Assembly (NCBI RefSeq): GCF_036365525.1
Contig: NC_090373.1
Coordinates: 72,245,271-72,309,270 of the forward strand
DNA from: Heterodontus francisci
Lineage: Eukaryota
Direction: 5' to 3'
DNA length: 64,000 nt
Both the position numbers and the translations under genes were made by a program. Positions 26,801 to 38,800 of the stretch are shown piece after piece (positions within the stretch are counted from its first letter, which is position 1; every line of letters begins with the position of its first letter). The notes under the pieces are model-generated. The model saw nothing but the letters and a program-made list of their open reading frames with translations, was not told where the DNA came from and did no database searches.

Positions 26801-29800
26801 GTGTGAATCTCAGTGGTGAGATTCCTAGTGGTGTTATTCTCAGTGATCTGATTCTCAGTGGTGTGAATCTCAGTGGTGTGAATCTCAGTGGTGTGATTCT
26901 CAGTGGTGTGAATCTCAGTGGTGTGAATCTCAGTGGTGTGATTCTCAGTGTTTTCAGTCACAGTGGTGTGATTCTCAATGGTGTGATTCTCAGTGGACTG
27001 AATCTCAGTGGTGTGATTCTCAGTGGTGAGATTCCCAGTGGTGTTATTCTCAGTGGTGTGAATCTCAGTGGTTTGAATCTCAGTGGTGTGAATCTCAGTG
27101 GTGTGATTCTCAGTGGTGTGATTCTCAGTGGTGCGATTCTCAGTGTTGCGAATCTCAGTGGTGCGAATCTCAGTGGTGCGAATCTCAGTGATGCGATTCT
27201 CAGTGGTGCGATTCTCAGTGGTGTTATTCCCAGTGGTGTGAATCTCAGTGGTGTGAATCTCAGTGGTGTGATTCTCAGTGGTGTGATTCTCAGTGGTTTC
27301 AGTCTCAGTGGTGTGAATCTCAGTGGTGTGAATCTCAGTGGTGAGATTCTCAGTGGTGTGATTCTCAGTGGTGTGATTCTCAGTGGTGGGATTCCCAGTG
27401 GTGTTATTCTCAGTGATCTGATTCTCAGTGGTGCAATTCTCAGTGGTGCGATTCTCAGTGGTGCGATTCTCAGTGGTGTGAATCTCAGTGGTGTGATTCT
27501 CAGTGGTTTCAGTCTCAGTGGTGTGATTCTCAATGGTGTGATTCCCAGCGGTGAGATTCTCAGTGGTTTGATTGTCAGTGGTGTGATTCCCGGCGCTGAG
27601 ATTCTCAGTGGTTTGATTCTCAGTGGTGTGATTCCCAGCGGTGAGATTCTCAGTGGTGTGATTCCCAGCGGTGAGATTTTCAGTGGTATGATTCCCAGTG
27701 GTGTTATTCTCAGTGATCTGGTTCTCAGTGGTGTGATTCCCAGTGGTGAGATTTTCAGTGGTGTGATTCCCAGTGATGAGATTTGCAGTGGCGGGATTCT
27801 CAATGGTGTGATTCGCAGTGGAGAGATTCTCAGTGGTGTGATTGCGAGTGTTGAGATTCTCACTGGTGTGATTCCCAGTGTTGAGATTCTCTGTGGTGTG
27901 ATTCTCAGTGGTGTGCTTCCCAATGCTGTGATTCCCAGTGCTGTGATTCCCAGTGTTGTGATTCTGAGTGATGTGATTCTCAGTGGTGTGATTCCCAGTG
28001 GTGTAATTCCCAATGGTGAGATTCTCAGTGGTGTGATTGCCAGTGCTGAGATTCTCAGTGGTGTGAATCTCAGTGGTGTGATTCCCAGTGGTGAGATTCT
28101 CAGTGGTGTTATTCCCAGTGGTGTGATTCCCAGTGGTGTGATTCCCAGTGGTGTGATTCCCTGTGGTGTGATTCCCAGTGGAGGTATTATCAGTGGTGTG
28201 ATTCACAGTGGAGAGATTCTCAGTCGTCTGATTCTCAGTGGTGTGATTCCCGGTGGTGGTATTATCAGTAGTGTGATTCCCAGTGGTGTGATTCTCAGTG
28301 ATCTGATTTACAGTGGTGTGATTCCCAGTGGTGTGATTCCCAGTGGTGAGATTTCCAGTGGTGAGTTCCTCAGTGGTGAGATTCCCAGTGGTTTGAATCC
28401 CAGTTATCTGATTCTCAGTGGTGTGAATCTCAGTGGTGTGAATCTCAGTGGTGTGATTCTCAGTGGTGTGATTCTCAGTGGTTTCAGTCTCAGTGGTGTG
28501 AATCTCAGTGGTGTGAATCTCAGTGGTGAGATTCTCAGTGGTGTGATTCTCAGTGGTGTGATTCTCAGTGGTGGGATTCCCAGTGGTGTTATTCTCAGTG
28601 ATCTGATTCTCAGTGGTGCAATTCTCAGTGGTGCGATTCTCAGTGGTGCGATTCTCAGTGGTGTGAATCTCAGTGGTGTGATTCTCAGTGGTTTCAGTCT
28701 CAGTGGTGTGATTCTCAATGGTGTGATTCCCAGCGGTGAGATTCTCAGTGGTTTGATTGTCAGTGGTGTGATTCCCGGCGCTGAGATTCTCAGTGGTTTG
28801 ATTCTCAGTGGTGTGATTCCCAGCGGTGAGATTCTCAGTGGTGTGATTCCCAGCGGTGAGATTTTCAGTGGTATGATTCCCAGTGGTGTTATTCTCAGTG
28901 ATCTGGTTCTCAGTGGTGTGATTCCCAGTGGTGAGATTTTCAGTGGTGTGATTCCCAGTGATGAGATTTGCAGTGGCGGGATTCTCAATGGTGTGATTCG
29001 CAGTGCAGAGATTCTCAGTGGTGTGATTGCGAGTGTTGAGATTCTCACTGGTGTGATTCCCAGTGGTGAGATTCTCTGTGGTGTGATTCTCAGTGGTGTG
29101 CTTCCCAATGCTGTGATTCCCAGTGCTGTGATTCCCAGTGTTGTGATTCTGAGTGATGTGATTCTCAGTGGTGTGATTCCCAGTGGTGTGATTCCCAATG
29201 GTGAGATTCTCAGTGGTGTGATTGCCAGTGCTGAGATTCTCAGTGGTGTGATTCTCAGTGGTGTGATTCCCAGTGGTGAGATTCTCAGTGGTGTTATTCC
29301 CAGTGGTGTGATTCCCAGTGGTGTGATTCCCAGTGGTGTGATTCCCTGTGGTGTGATTCCCAGTGGAGGTATTATCAGTGGTGTGATTCCCAGTGGTGTG
29401 ATTCACAGTGGAGAGATTCTCAGTCGTCTGATTCTCAGTGGTGTGATTCCCGGTGGTGGTATTATCAGTAGTGTGATTCCCAGTGGTGTGATTCTCAGTG
29501 ATCTGATTTACAGTGGTGTGATTCCCAGTGGTGTGATTCCCAGTGGTGAGATTTCCAGTGGTGAGTTCCTCAGTGGTGAGATTCCCAGTGGTTTGAATCC
29601 CAGTTATCTGATTCTCAGTGGTGTGAATCTCAGTGGTGTGAATCTCAGTGGTGTGATTCTCAATGGTGTGACTCTCAGTGGTGTGATTCTCAGTGGTGTG
29701 AATCTCAGTGTTGTGATTCCCAGCGGTGAGATTCTCATTGGTTTGATTCTCAGTGGTGTGATTCCCAGCGGTGAGATTTTCAGAGGTGTGATTCCCAGTG

Positions 29801-32800
29801 ATGAGATTCGCAGTGGCGGGTTTCTCAATGGTGTGATTCGCAGTGGAGAGATTCTCAGTGGTGTGATTGCCAGTGTTGAGATTGCCAGTGCTGAGATTGC
29901 CAGTGCTGAGATTCTCACTGTTGTGCTTCCCAATGCTGTGATTCCCAGTGCTGTGATTCCCAGTGTTGTGATTCTGAGTGTTGTGATTCTGAGTGTTGTG
30001 ATTCTGAGTGTTGTGATTCTGAGTGGTGTGATTCTCAGTGGTGTGATTGACAGTGGTGTGATTCCCAGTTGTGTGATTCCCAGTGGTGAGATTCTCAGTG
30101 GTGTGATTGCCAGTGCTGAGATTCTCAGTGGTGTGATGCTCAGTGGTGTGATTCCCACTGGTGAGATTCTCAGTGGTGTGATTCCCAGTGGTGTGATTCC
30201 CAGTGGTGTGATTCCCAGTGGTGTGATTCCCAATGGTGAGATTCTCAGTGGTGTGATTCCCAGTGTTGTGATTCCCAGTGGTGGTATTATCAGTGGTGTG
30301 ATTCCCAGTGGTGTGATTCACAGTGGAGAGATTCTCAGTCATCTGATTCACAGTGGTGTGATTCCCGGTGGTGGTATTATCAGTGGTGTGATTCCCAGTG
30401 GTGTGATTCTCAGTGATCTGATTCCCAGTGGTGTGATTCCCAGTGGTGTGATTCCCAGTGGTGAGATTTCCAGTGGTGAGTTCCTCAGTGGTGAGATTCC
30501 CAGTGGTGCGAATCCCAGTTATCTGATTCTCAGTGGTGTGAATCTCAGTGGTGTGAATCTCAGTGGTGTGATTCTCAGTGGTGTGATTCTCAGTGGTGTG
30601 AATCTCAGTGGTGTGAATCTCAGTGGTCTGATTCTCAGTGGTGTAATTCTCAGTGGTGTGAATCTGTGGTGTGAATCTCAGTGGTGAGATTCTCAGTGGT
30701 GTGAATCTCGGTGGTGTGATTCTCAGTGGTGTGATTCTTAGTGGTGGGATTCCCAGTGGTGTTATTCTCAGTGATCTGATTCTCAGTGGTGCGATTCTCA
30801 GTGCTGTGAATCTCAATGGTGTGAATCTCAGTGGTGTGCTTCTCAGCGGTGAGATTCTCAGTGGTGTGATTCTCAGTGGTGTGCTTCCCAATGCTGTGAT
30901 TCCCAGTGCTGTGATTCCCAGTGTTGTGATTCTGAGTGTTGTGATTCTGAGTGTTGTGATTCTGAGTGTTGTGATTCTGAGTGGTGTGATTCTCAGTGGT
31001 GTGATTGACAGTGGTGTGATTCCCAGCTGTGTGATTCCCAGCGGTGAGATTCTCAGTGGTGTGATTGCCAGTGCTGAGATTCTCAGTGGTGTGATGCTCA
31101 GTGGTGTGATTCCCACTGGTGAGATTCTCAGTGGTGTGATTCCCAGTGGTGTGATTCCCAGTGGTGTGATTCCCAGTGGTGTGATTCCCAATGGTGAGAT
31201 TCTCAGTGGTGTGATTCCCAGTGTTGTGATTCCCAGTGGTGGTATTATCAGTGGTGTGATTCCCAGTGGTGTGATTCACAGTGGAGAGATTCTCAGTCAT
31301 CTGATTCACAGTGGTGTGATTCCCGGTGGTGGTATTATCAGTGGTGTGATTCCCAGTGGTGTGATTCTCAGTGATCTGATTCCCAGTGGTGTGATTCACA
31401 GTGGTGTGATTCCCAGTGGTGAGATTTCCAGTGGTGAGTTCCTCAGTGGTGAGATTCCCAGTGGTGCGAATCCCAGTTATCTGATTCTCAGTGGTGTGAA
31501 TCTCAGTGGTGTGAATCTCAGTGGTGTGATTCTCAGTGGTGTGATTCTCAGTGGTGTGAATCTCAGTGGTGTGATTCTCAGTGGTGTGATTCTCAGTGGT
31601 GTGAATCTCAGTGGTGTGAATCTCAGTGGTGTGATTCTCAGTGGTGTGAATCTCAGTGGTAAGATTCCCAGTGGTGTCATTCTCAGTGATCTGATTCTCA
31701 GTGTGAATCTCAGTGGTGTGAATCTCAGTGGTGTGAATCTCAGTGGTGGGATTCCCAGTGGTGTTATTCTCAGCGGTGTTATTCTCAGTGGTGTTATTCT
31801 CAGTGGTGCGATTCTCAGTGGTGTGATTCTCAGTGGTGCGATTCTCATTGGTGCGATTCTCAGTGGTGTGAATCTCAGAGGTGAGATTCTCAGTGGTGCG
31901 ATTCTCAGTGGTGCGAATCTCAGTGTTTTCAGTCTCAGTGGTGTGATTTTCAATGGTGTGATTCTCAGTGGTCTGAATCTCAGTGGTGTGAATCTCAGTG
32001 GTGAGATTCCTAGTGGTGTTATTCTCAGTGATCTGATTCTCAGTGGTGTGAATCTCAGTGGTGTGAATCTCAGTGGTGTGATTCTCAGTGGTGTGAATCT
32101 CAGTGGTGTGAATCTCAGTGGTGTGATTCTCAGTGTTTTCAGTCACAGTGGTGTGATTCTCAATGGTGTGATTCTCAGTGGACTGAATCTCAGTGGTGTG
32201 ATTCTCAGTGGTGAGATTCGCAGTGGTGTTATTCTCAGTGGTGTGAATCTCAGTGGTTTGAATCTCAGTGGTGTGAATCTCAGTGGTGTGATTCTCAGTG
32301 GTGTGATTCTCAGTGGTGCGATTCTCAGTGGTGCGAATCTCAGTGGTGCGAATCTCAGTGGTGCGAATCTCAGTGATGCGATTCTCAGTGGTGCGATTCT
32401 CAGTGGTGTTATTCCCAGTGGTGTGAATCTCAGTGGTGTGAATCTCAGTGGTGTGATTCTCAGTGGTGTGATTCTCAGTGGTTTCAGTCTCAGTGGTGTG
32501 AATCTCAGTGGTGTGAATCTCAGTGGTGAGATTCTCAGTGGTGTGATTCTCAGTGGTGTGATTCTCAGTGGTGGGATTCCCAGTGGTGTTATTCTCAGTG
32601 ATCTGATTCTCAGTGGTGCAATTCTCAGTGGTGCGATTCTCAGTGGTGCGATTCTCAGTGGTGTGAATCTCAGTGGTGTGATTCTCAGTGGTTTCAGTCT
32701 CAGTGGTGTGATTCTCAATGGTGTGATTCCCAGCGGTGAGATTCTCAGTGGTTTGATTGTCAGTGGTGTGATTCCCGGCGCTGAGATTCTCAGTGGTTTG

Positions 32801-35650
32801 ATTCTCAGTGGTGTGATTCCCAGCGGTGAGATTCTCAGTGGTGTGATTCCCAGCGGTGAGATTTTCAGTGGTATGATTCCCAGTGGTGTTATTCTCAGTG
32901 ATCTGGTTCTCAGTGGTGTGATTCCCAGTGGTGAGATTTTCAGTGGTGTGATTCCCAGTGATGAGATTTGCAGTGGCGGGATTCTCAATGGTGTGATTCG
33001 CAGTGGAGAGATTCTCAGTGGTGTGATTGCGAGTGTTGAGATTCTCACTGGTGTGATTCCCAGTGGTGAGATTCTCTGTGGTGTGATTCTCAGTGGTGTG
33101 CTTCCCAATGCTGTGATTCCCAGTGCTGTGATTCCCAGTGTTGTGATTCTGAGTGATGTGATTCTCAGTGGTGTGATTCCCAGTGGTGTGATTCCCAATG
33201 GTGAGATTCTCAGTGGTGTGATTGCCAGTGCTGAGATTCTCAGTGGTGTGATTCTCAGTGGTGTGATTCCCAGTGGTGAGATTCTCAGTGGTGTTATTCC
33301 CAGTGGTGTGATTCCCAGTGGTGTGATTCCCAGTGGTGTGATTCCCTGTGGTGTGATTCCCAGTGGAGGTATTATCAGTGGTGTGATTCCCAGTGGTGTG
33401 ATTCACAGTGGAGAGATTCTCAGTCGTCTGATTCTCAGTGGTGTGATTCCCGGTGGTGGTATTATCAGTAGTGTGATTCCCAGTGGTGTGATTCTCAGTG
33501 ATCTGATTTACAGTGGTGTGATTCCCAGTGGTGTGATTCCCAGTGGTGAGATTTCCAGTGGTGAGTTCCTCAGTGGTGAGATTCCCAGTGGTTTGAATCC
33601 CAGTTATCTGATTCTCAGTGGTGTGAATCTCAGTGGTGTGAATCTCAGTGGTGTGATTCTCAATGGTGTGACTCTCAGTGGTGTGATTCTCAGTGGTGTG
33701 AATCTCAGTGTTGTGATTCCCAGCGGTGAGATTCTCATTGGTTTGATTCTCAGTGGTGTGATTCCCAGCGGTGAGATTTTCAGTGGTGTGATTCCCAGTG
33801 ATGAGATTCGCAGTGGCGGGTTTCTCAATGGTGTGATTCGCAGTGGAGAGATTCTCAGTGGTGTGATTGCCAGTGTTGAGATTGCCAGTGCTGAGATTGC
33901 CAGTGCTGAGATTCTCACTGTTGTGCTTCCCAATGCTGTGATTCCCAGTGCTGTGATTCCCAGTGTTGTGATTCTGAGTGTTGTGATTCTGAGTGTTGTG
34001 ATTCTGAGTGTTGTGATTCTGAGTGGTGTGATTCTCAGTGGTGTGATTGACAGTGGTGTGATTCCCAGTTGTGTGATTCCCAGTGGTGAGATTCTCAGTG
34101 GTGTGATTGCCAGTGCTGAGATTCTCAGTGGTGTGATGCTCAGTGGTGTGATTCCCACTGGTGAGATTCTCAGTGGTGTGATTCCCAGTGGTGTGATTCC
34201 CAGTGGTGTGATTCCCAGTGGTGTGATTCCCAATGGTGAGATTGTCAGTGGTGTGATTCCCAGTGTTGTGATTCCCAGTGGTGGTATTATCAGTGGTGTG
34301 ATTCCCAGTGGTGTGATTCACAGTGGAGAGATTCTCAGTCATCTGATTCACAGTGGTGTGATTCCCGGTGGTGGTATTATCAGTGGTGTGATTCCCAGTG
34401 GTGTGATTCTCAGTGATCTGATTCCCAGTGGTGTGATTCCCAGTGGTGTGATTCCCAGTGGTGAGATTTCCAGTGGTGAGTTCCTCAGTGGTGAGATTCC
34501 CAGTGGTGCGAATCCCAGTTATCTGATTCTCAGTGGTGTGAATCTCAGTGGTGTGAATCTCAGTGGTGTGATTCTCAGTGGTGTGATTCTCAGTGGTGTG
34601 AATCTCAGTGGTGTGAATCTCAGTGGTCTGATTCTCAGTGGTGTAATTCTCAGTGGTGTGAATCTGTGGTGTGAATCTCAGTGGTGAGATTCTCAGTGGT
34701 GTGAATCTCGGTGGTGTGATTCTCAGTGGTGTGATTCTTAGTGGTGGGATTCCCAGTGGTGTTATTCTCAGTGATCTGATTCTCAGTGGTGCGATTCTCA
34801 GTGCTGTGAATCTCAATGGTGTGAATCTCAGTGGTGTGATTCTCAGCGGTGAGATTCTCAGTGGTGTGATTCTCAGTGGTGTGCTTCCTAATGCTGTGAT
34901 TCCCAGTGCTGTGATTCCCAGTGTTGTGATTCTGAGTGTTGTGATTCTGAGTGTTGTGATTCTGAGTGTTGTGATTCTGAGTGTTGTGATTCTGAGTGTT
35001 GTGATTCTCAGTGGTGTGATTGACAGTGGTGTGATTCCCAGCTGTGTGATTCCCAGCGGTGAGATTCTCAGTGGTGTGATTGCCAGTGCTGAGATTCTCA
35101 GTGGTGTGATGCTCAGTGGTGTGATTCCCACTGGTGAGATTCTCAGTGGTGTGATTCCCAGTGGTGTGATTCCCAGTGGTGTGATTCCCAGTGGTGTGAT
35201 TCCCAATGGTGAGATTCTCAGTGGTGTGATTCCCAGTGTTGTGATTCCCAGTGGTGGTATTATCAGTGGTGTGATTCCCAGTGGTGTGATTCACAGTGGA
35301 GAGATTCTCAGTCATCTGATTCACAGTGGTGTGATTCCCGATGGTGGTATTATCAGTGGTGTGATTCCCAGTGGTGTGATTCTCAGTGATCTGATTCCCA
35401 GTGGTGTGATTCCCAGTGGTGTGATTCCCAGTGGTGAGATTTCCAGTGGTGAGTTCCTCAGTGGTGAGATTCCCAGTGGTGCGAATCCCAGTTATCTGAT
35501 TCTCAGTGGTGTGAATCTCAGTGGTGTGAATCTCAGTGGTGTGATTCTCAGTGGTGTGATTCTCATTGGTGTGAATCTCAGTGGTGTGAATCTCAGTGGT
35601 GTGAATCTCAGTGGTCTGATTCTCAGTGGTGTAATTCTCAGTGGTGTGAA
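26400..35650. repeat. Nested higher-order repeat: ~4.0-kb unit duplicated, first copy expanded by an internal 1185-bp duplication
   Basis: ~28420-30960 matches ~32420-34960 at offset 4000. ~26400-28000 matches ~31590-33190 at offset 5185. ~27230-28200 matches ~28415-29385 at offset 1185. Markers: CCCGGCGCTGAG (~27589, ~28774, ~32774) and GTGATTGACAGT (~30043, ~31001, ~34043, ~35016). Confidence 0.88.
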
Positions 35651-35829
35651 TCTGTGGTGTGAATCTCAGTGGTGAGATTCTCAGTGGTGTGAATCTCGGT
35701 GGTGTGATTCTCAGTGGTGTGATTCTTAGTGGTGGGATTCCCAGTGGTGTTATTCTCAGTGATCTGATTCTCAGTGGTGCGATTCTCAGTGCTGTGAATC
35801 TCAATGGTGTGAATCTCAGTGGTGTGATT

Positions 35830-38800
35830 CTCAGCGGTGTGAATCTCAGCCGTATGATTCTCAGCGGTGTGAATCTCAGTAGCGTGAATCTCAGTGGCGT
35901 GATTCTCAGTGGCGTGAATCTCAGTGGCGTGAATCTCAGTGGTGTGAATTTCAGTGGTGAGATTCTCAGTGGTGAGATTCTCAGTGCTGTGAATCTCAGT
36001 GATGTGTATCTCGGTGGTGTGATTTTCAGTGGTGAGATTCTCAGTGATGTGAATCTCAGTGGTGTGATTCTCAGTGGTGTGAATCTCAGTGGTGTGAATC
36101 TCAGTGATGTGAATCTCAGTGGTGTGAATCTCAGTGGTGTGAATCTCAGTGGTGAGATTCTCAGTCTTCTGATTCTCAGTGGTGAGATTCTCAGTGGTGT
36201 GATTCTCAGTGGTGAGATTCTCTGTGGTGAGATTCTCTAGTGAGATTCTCAGTGGTGTGAATCTCAGTGGCGGGAATCTCAGTGGTTTGATTCTCAGTGG
36301 TGAGATTCTCAGTGGTGTGAATCTCAATGGTGTGATTCTCAGTGGTGTGATTCTCAGTGGTGTGAATCTCAGTGGTGTGAATTTTAGTGGTGAGATTCTC
36401 AGTCGTGTGATTCTCAGTGGTGTGATTCTCAGTGGTGTGAATCTCAGTGGTGGGAATCTCAGTGATGTGAACCTCAGTGGTGTGAATCTCAGTGGTGTGA
36501 TTCTCAATCCTGAGATTCTCAGTGGTGAGATTCTCGGTGTTGTTCATCTCAATGCTGAGATTCTCAGTGGTGAGATTCTCCCTGGTGTGATTCTCTGTGG
36601 TGAGATTCTCTGTGGTGAGATTTTCAGTGGTGTGAATCTTAGTGCTGAGATTCTCAGTATTCTGATTCTCAGTGTTCTGATTCTCTGGTGAGATTCTCAG
36701 TCGTCTAATTCTCAGTGGTTTCAGTCTCTGGTGTAAATCTCAGTGGTGCGAATCTCAGTGGTGTGAATCTCAGTGGTAAGATTCCCAGTGGTGTTATTCT
36801 CAGTGATCTGACTCTCGGTGTGAATCTCAGTGGTGTGAATCTCAGTGGTGTGAATCTCAGTGGTGTGATTCTCAGTGGTGTGAATCTCAGTGGTGAGAAT
36901 CTCAGTGGTGTGATTCTCAGTGGTGTGAATCTCAGTGGTAAGATTCCCAGTGGTGTTATTCTCAGTGATCTGATTCTCAGTGGTGCGATTCTCAGTGGTG
37001 CGATTCTTAGTGGTGCGATTCTCAGTGGTGCGAATCTCAGTGTTTTCAGTCTCAGTGGTGTGATTCTCAATGGTGTGATTCTCAATGGTCTGAATCTCAG
37101 TGGTGTGAATCTCAGTGGTGAGATTCCCAGTGGTGTTATTCTCAGTGATCTGATTCTCAGTGGTGTGAATCTCAGTGGTGTGAATCTCAGTGGTGTGAAT
37201 CTCAGTGTTGTGATTCTCAGTGGTGTGATTCTCAGTGGTCTGAATCTCAATGGTGTGAATCTCAGTGGTGAGATTCCCAGTGGTGTTATTCTCAGTGATC
37301 TGATTCTCAGTGGTGTGAATTTCAGTGGTGTGAATCTCAGTGGTGTGATTCTCAGTGGTGTGAATCTCAGTGGTGTGATTCTCAGTGGTGTGATTCTCAG
37401 TGGTGTGATTCTCAGTGGTGCAATTCCCAGTGGTGCGAATCTCAGTGGTGCGAATCTCAGTGATGCGATTCTCAGTGGTGGGATTCTCAGTGGTGTGATT
37501 CTCAGTGGTGAGATTCCCAGTGGTGTTATTCCCAGTGGTGTTATTCTCAGTGGTGTGAATCTCAGTGGTGTGATTCTCAGTGGTTTTAGTCTCAGTGGTG
37601 TGATTCTCAGTGGTGTGAATCTCAGTGGTGTTAATCTCAGTGGTGTGAATCTCAGTGGTGTTATTCTCAGTGGTGTGAATCTCAGTGGTGTGATTCTCAG
37701 TGGTTTCAGTCTCAGTGGTGTGATTCTCAATGGTGTGATTCTCAATGGTGTGATTCCCAGCGGTGAGATTCTCAGTGGTTTGATTCTCAGTGGTGTGATT
37801 CCCAGCGGTGAGATTCTCAGTGGTGTGAATCTCAGTGGTGGGAATCTCAGTGATGTGAACCTCAGTGGTGTGAATCTCAGTGGTGTGATTCTCAATCCTG
37901 AGATTCTCAGTGGTGAGATTCTCAGTGGTGAGATTCTCGGTGTTGTTCATCTCAATGCTGAGATTCTCAGTGGTGAGATTCTCCCTGGTGTGATTCTCTG
38001 TGGTGAGATTCTCTGTGGTGAGATTTTCAGTGGTGTGATTCCCAGCGGTGAGATTCTCAGTGGTGTGAATCTCAGTGGTGGGAATCTCAGTGATGTGAAC
38101 CTCAGTGGTGTGAATCTCAGTGGTGTGATTCTCAATCCTGAGATTCTCAGTGGTGAGATTCTCAGTGGTGAGATTCTCGGTGTTGTTCATCTCAATGCTG
38201 AGATTCTCAGTGGTGAGATTCTCCCTGGTGTGATTCTCAGTGTTCTGATTCTCTGGTGAGATTCTCAGTCGTCTAATTCTCAGTGGTTTCAGTCTCTGGT
38301 GTAAATCTCAGTGGTGCGAATCTCAGTGGTGTGAATCTCAGTGGTAAGATTCCCAGTGGTGTTATTCTCAGTGATCTGATTCTCGGTGTGAATCTCAGTG
38401 GTGTGAATCTCAGTGGTGTGAATCTCAGTGGTGTGATTCTCAGTGGTGTGAATCTCAGTGGTGAGAATCTCAGTGGTGTGATTCTCAGTGGTGTGAATCT
38501 CAGTGGTAAGATTCCCAGTGGTGTTATTCTCAGTGATCTGATTCTCAGTGGTGCGATTCTCAGTGGTGCGATTCTTAGTGGTGCGATTCTCAGTGGTGCG
38601 AATCTCAGTGTTTTCAGTCTCAGTGGTGTGATTCTCAATGGTGTGATTCTCAATGGTCTGAATCTCAGTGGTGTGAATCTCAGTGGTGAGATTCCCAGTG
38701 GTGTTATTCTCAGTGATCTGATTCTCAGTGGTGTGAATCTCAATGGTGTGAATCTCAGTGGTGTGAATCTCAGTGGTGTGATTCTCAGTGGTGTGATTCT

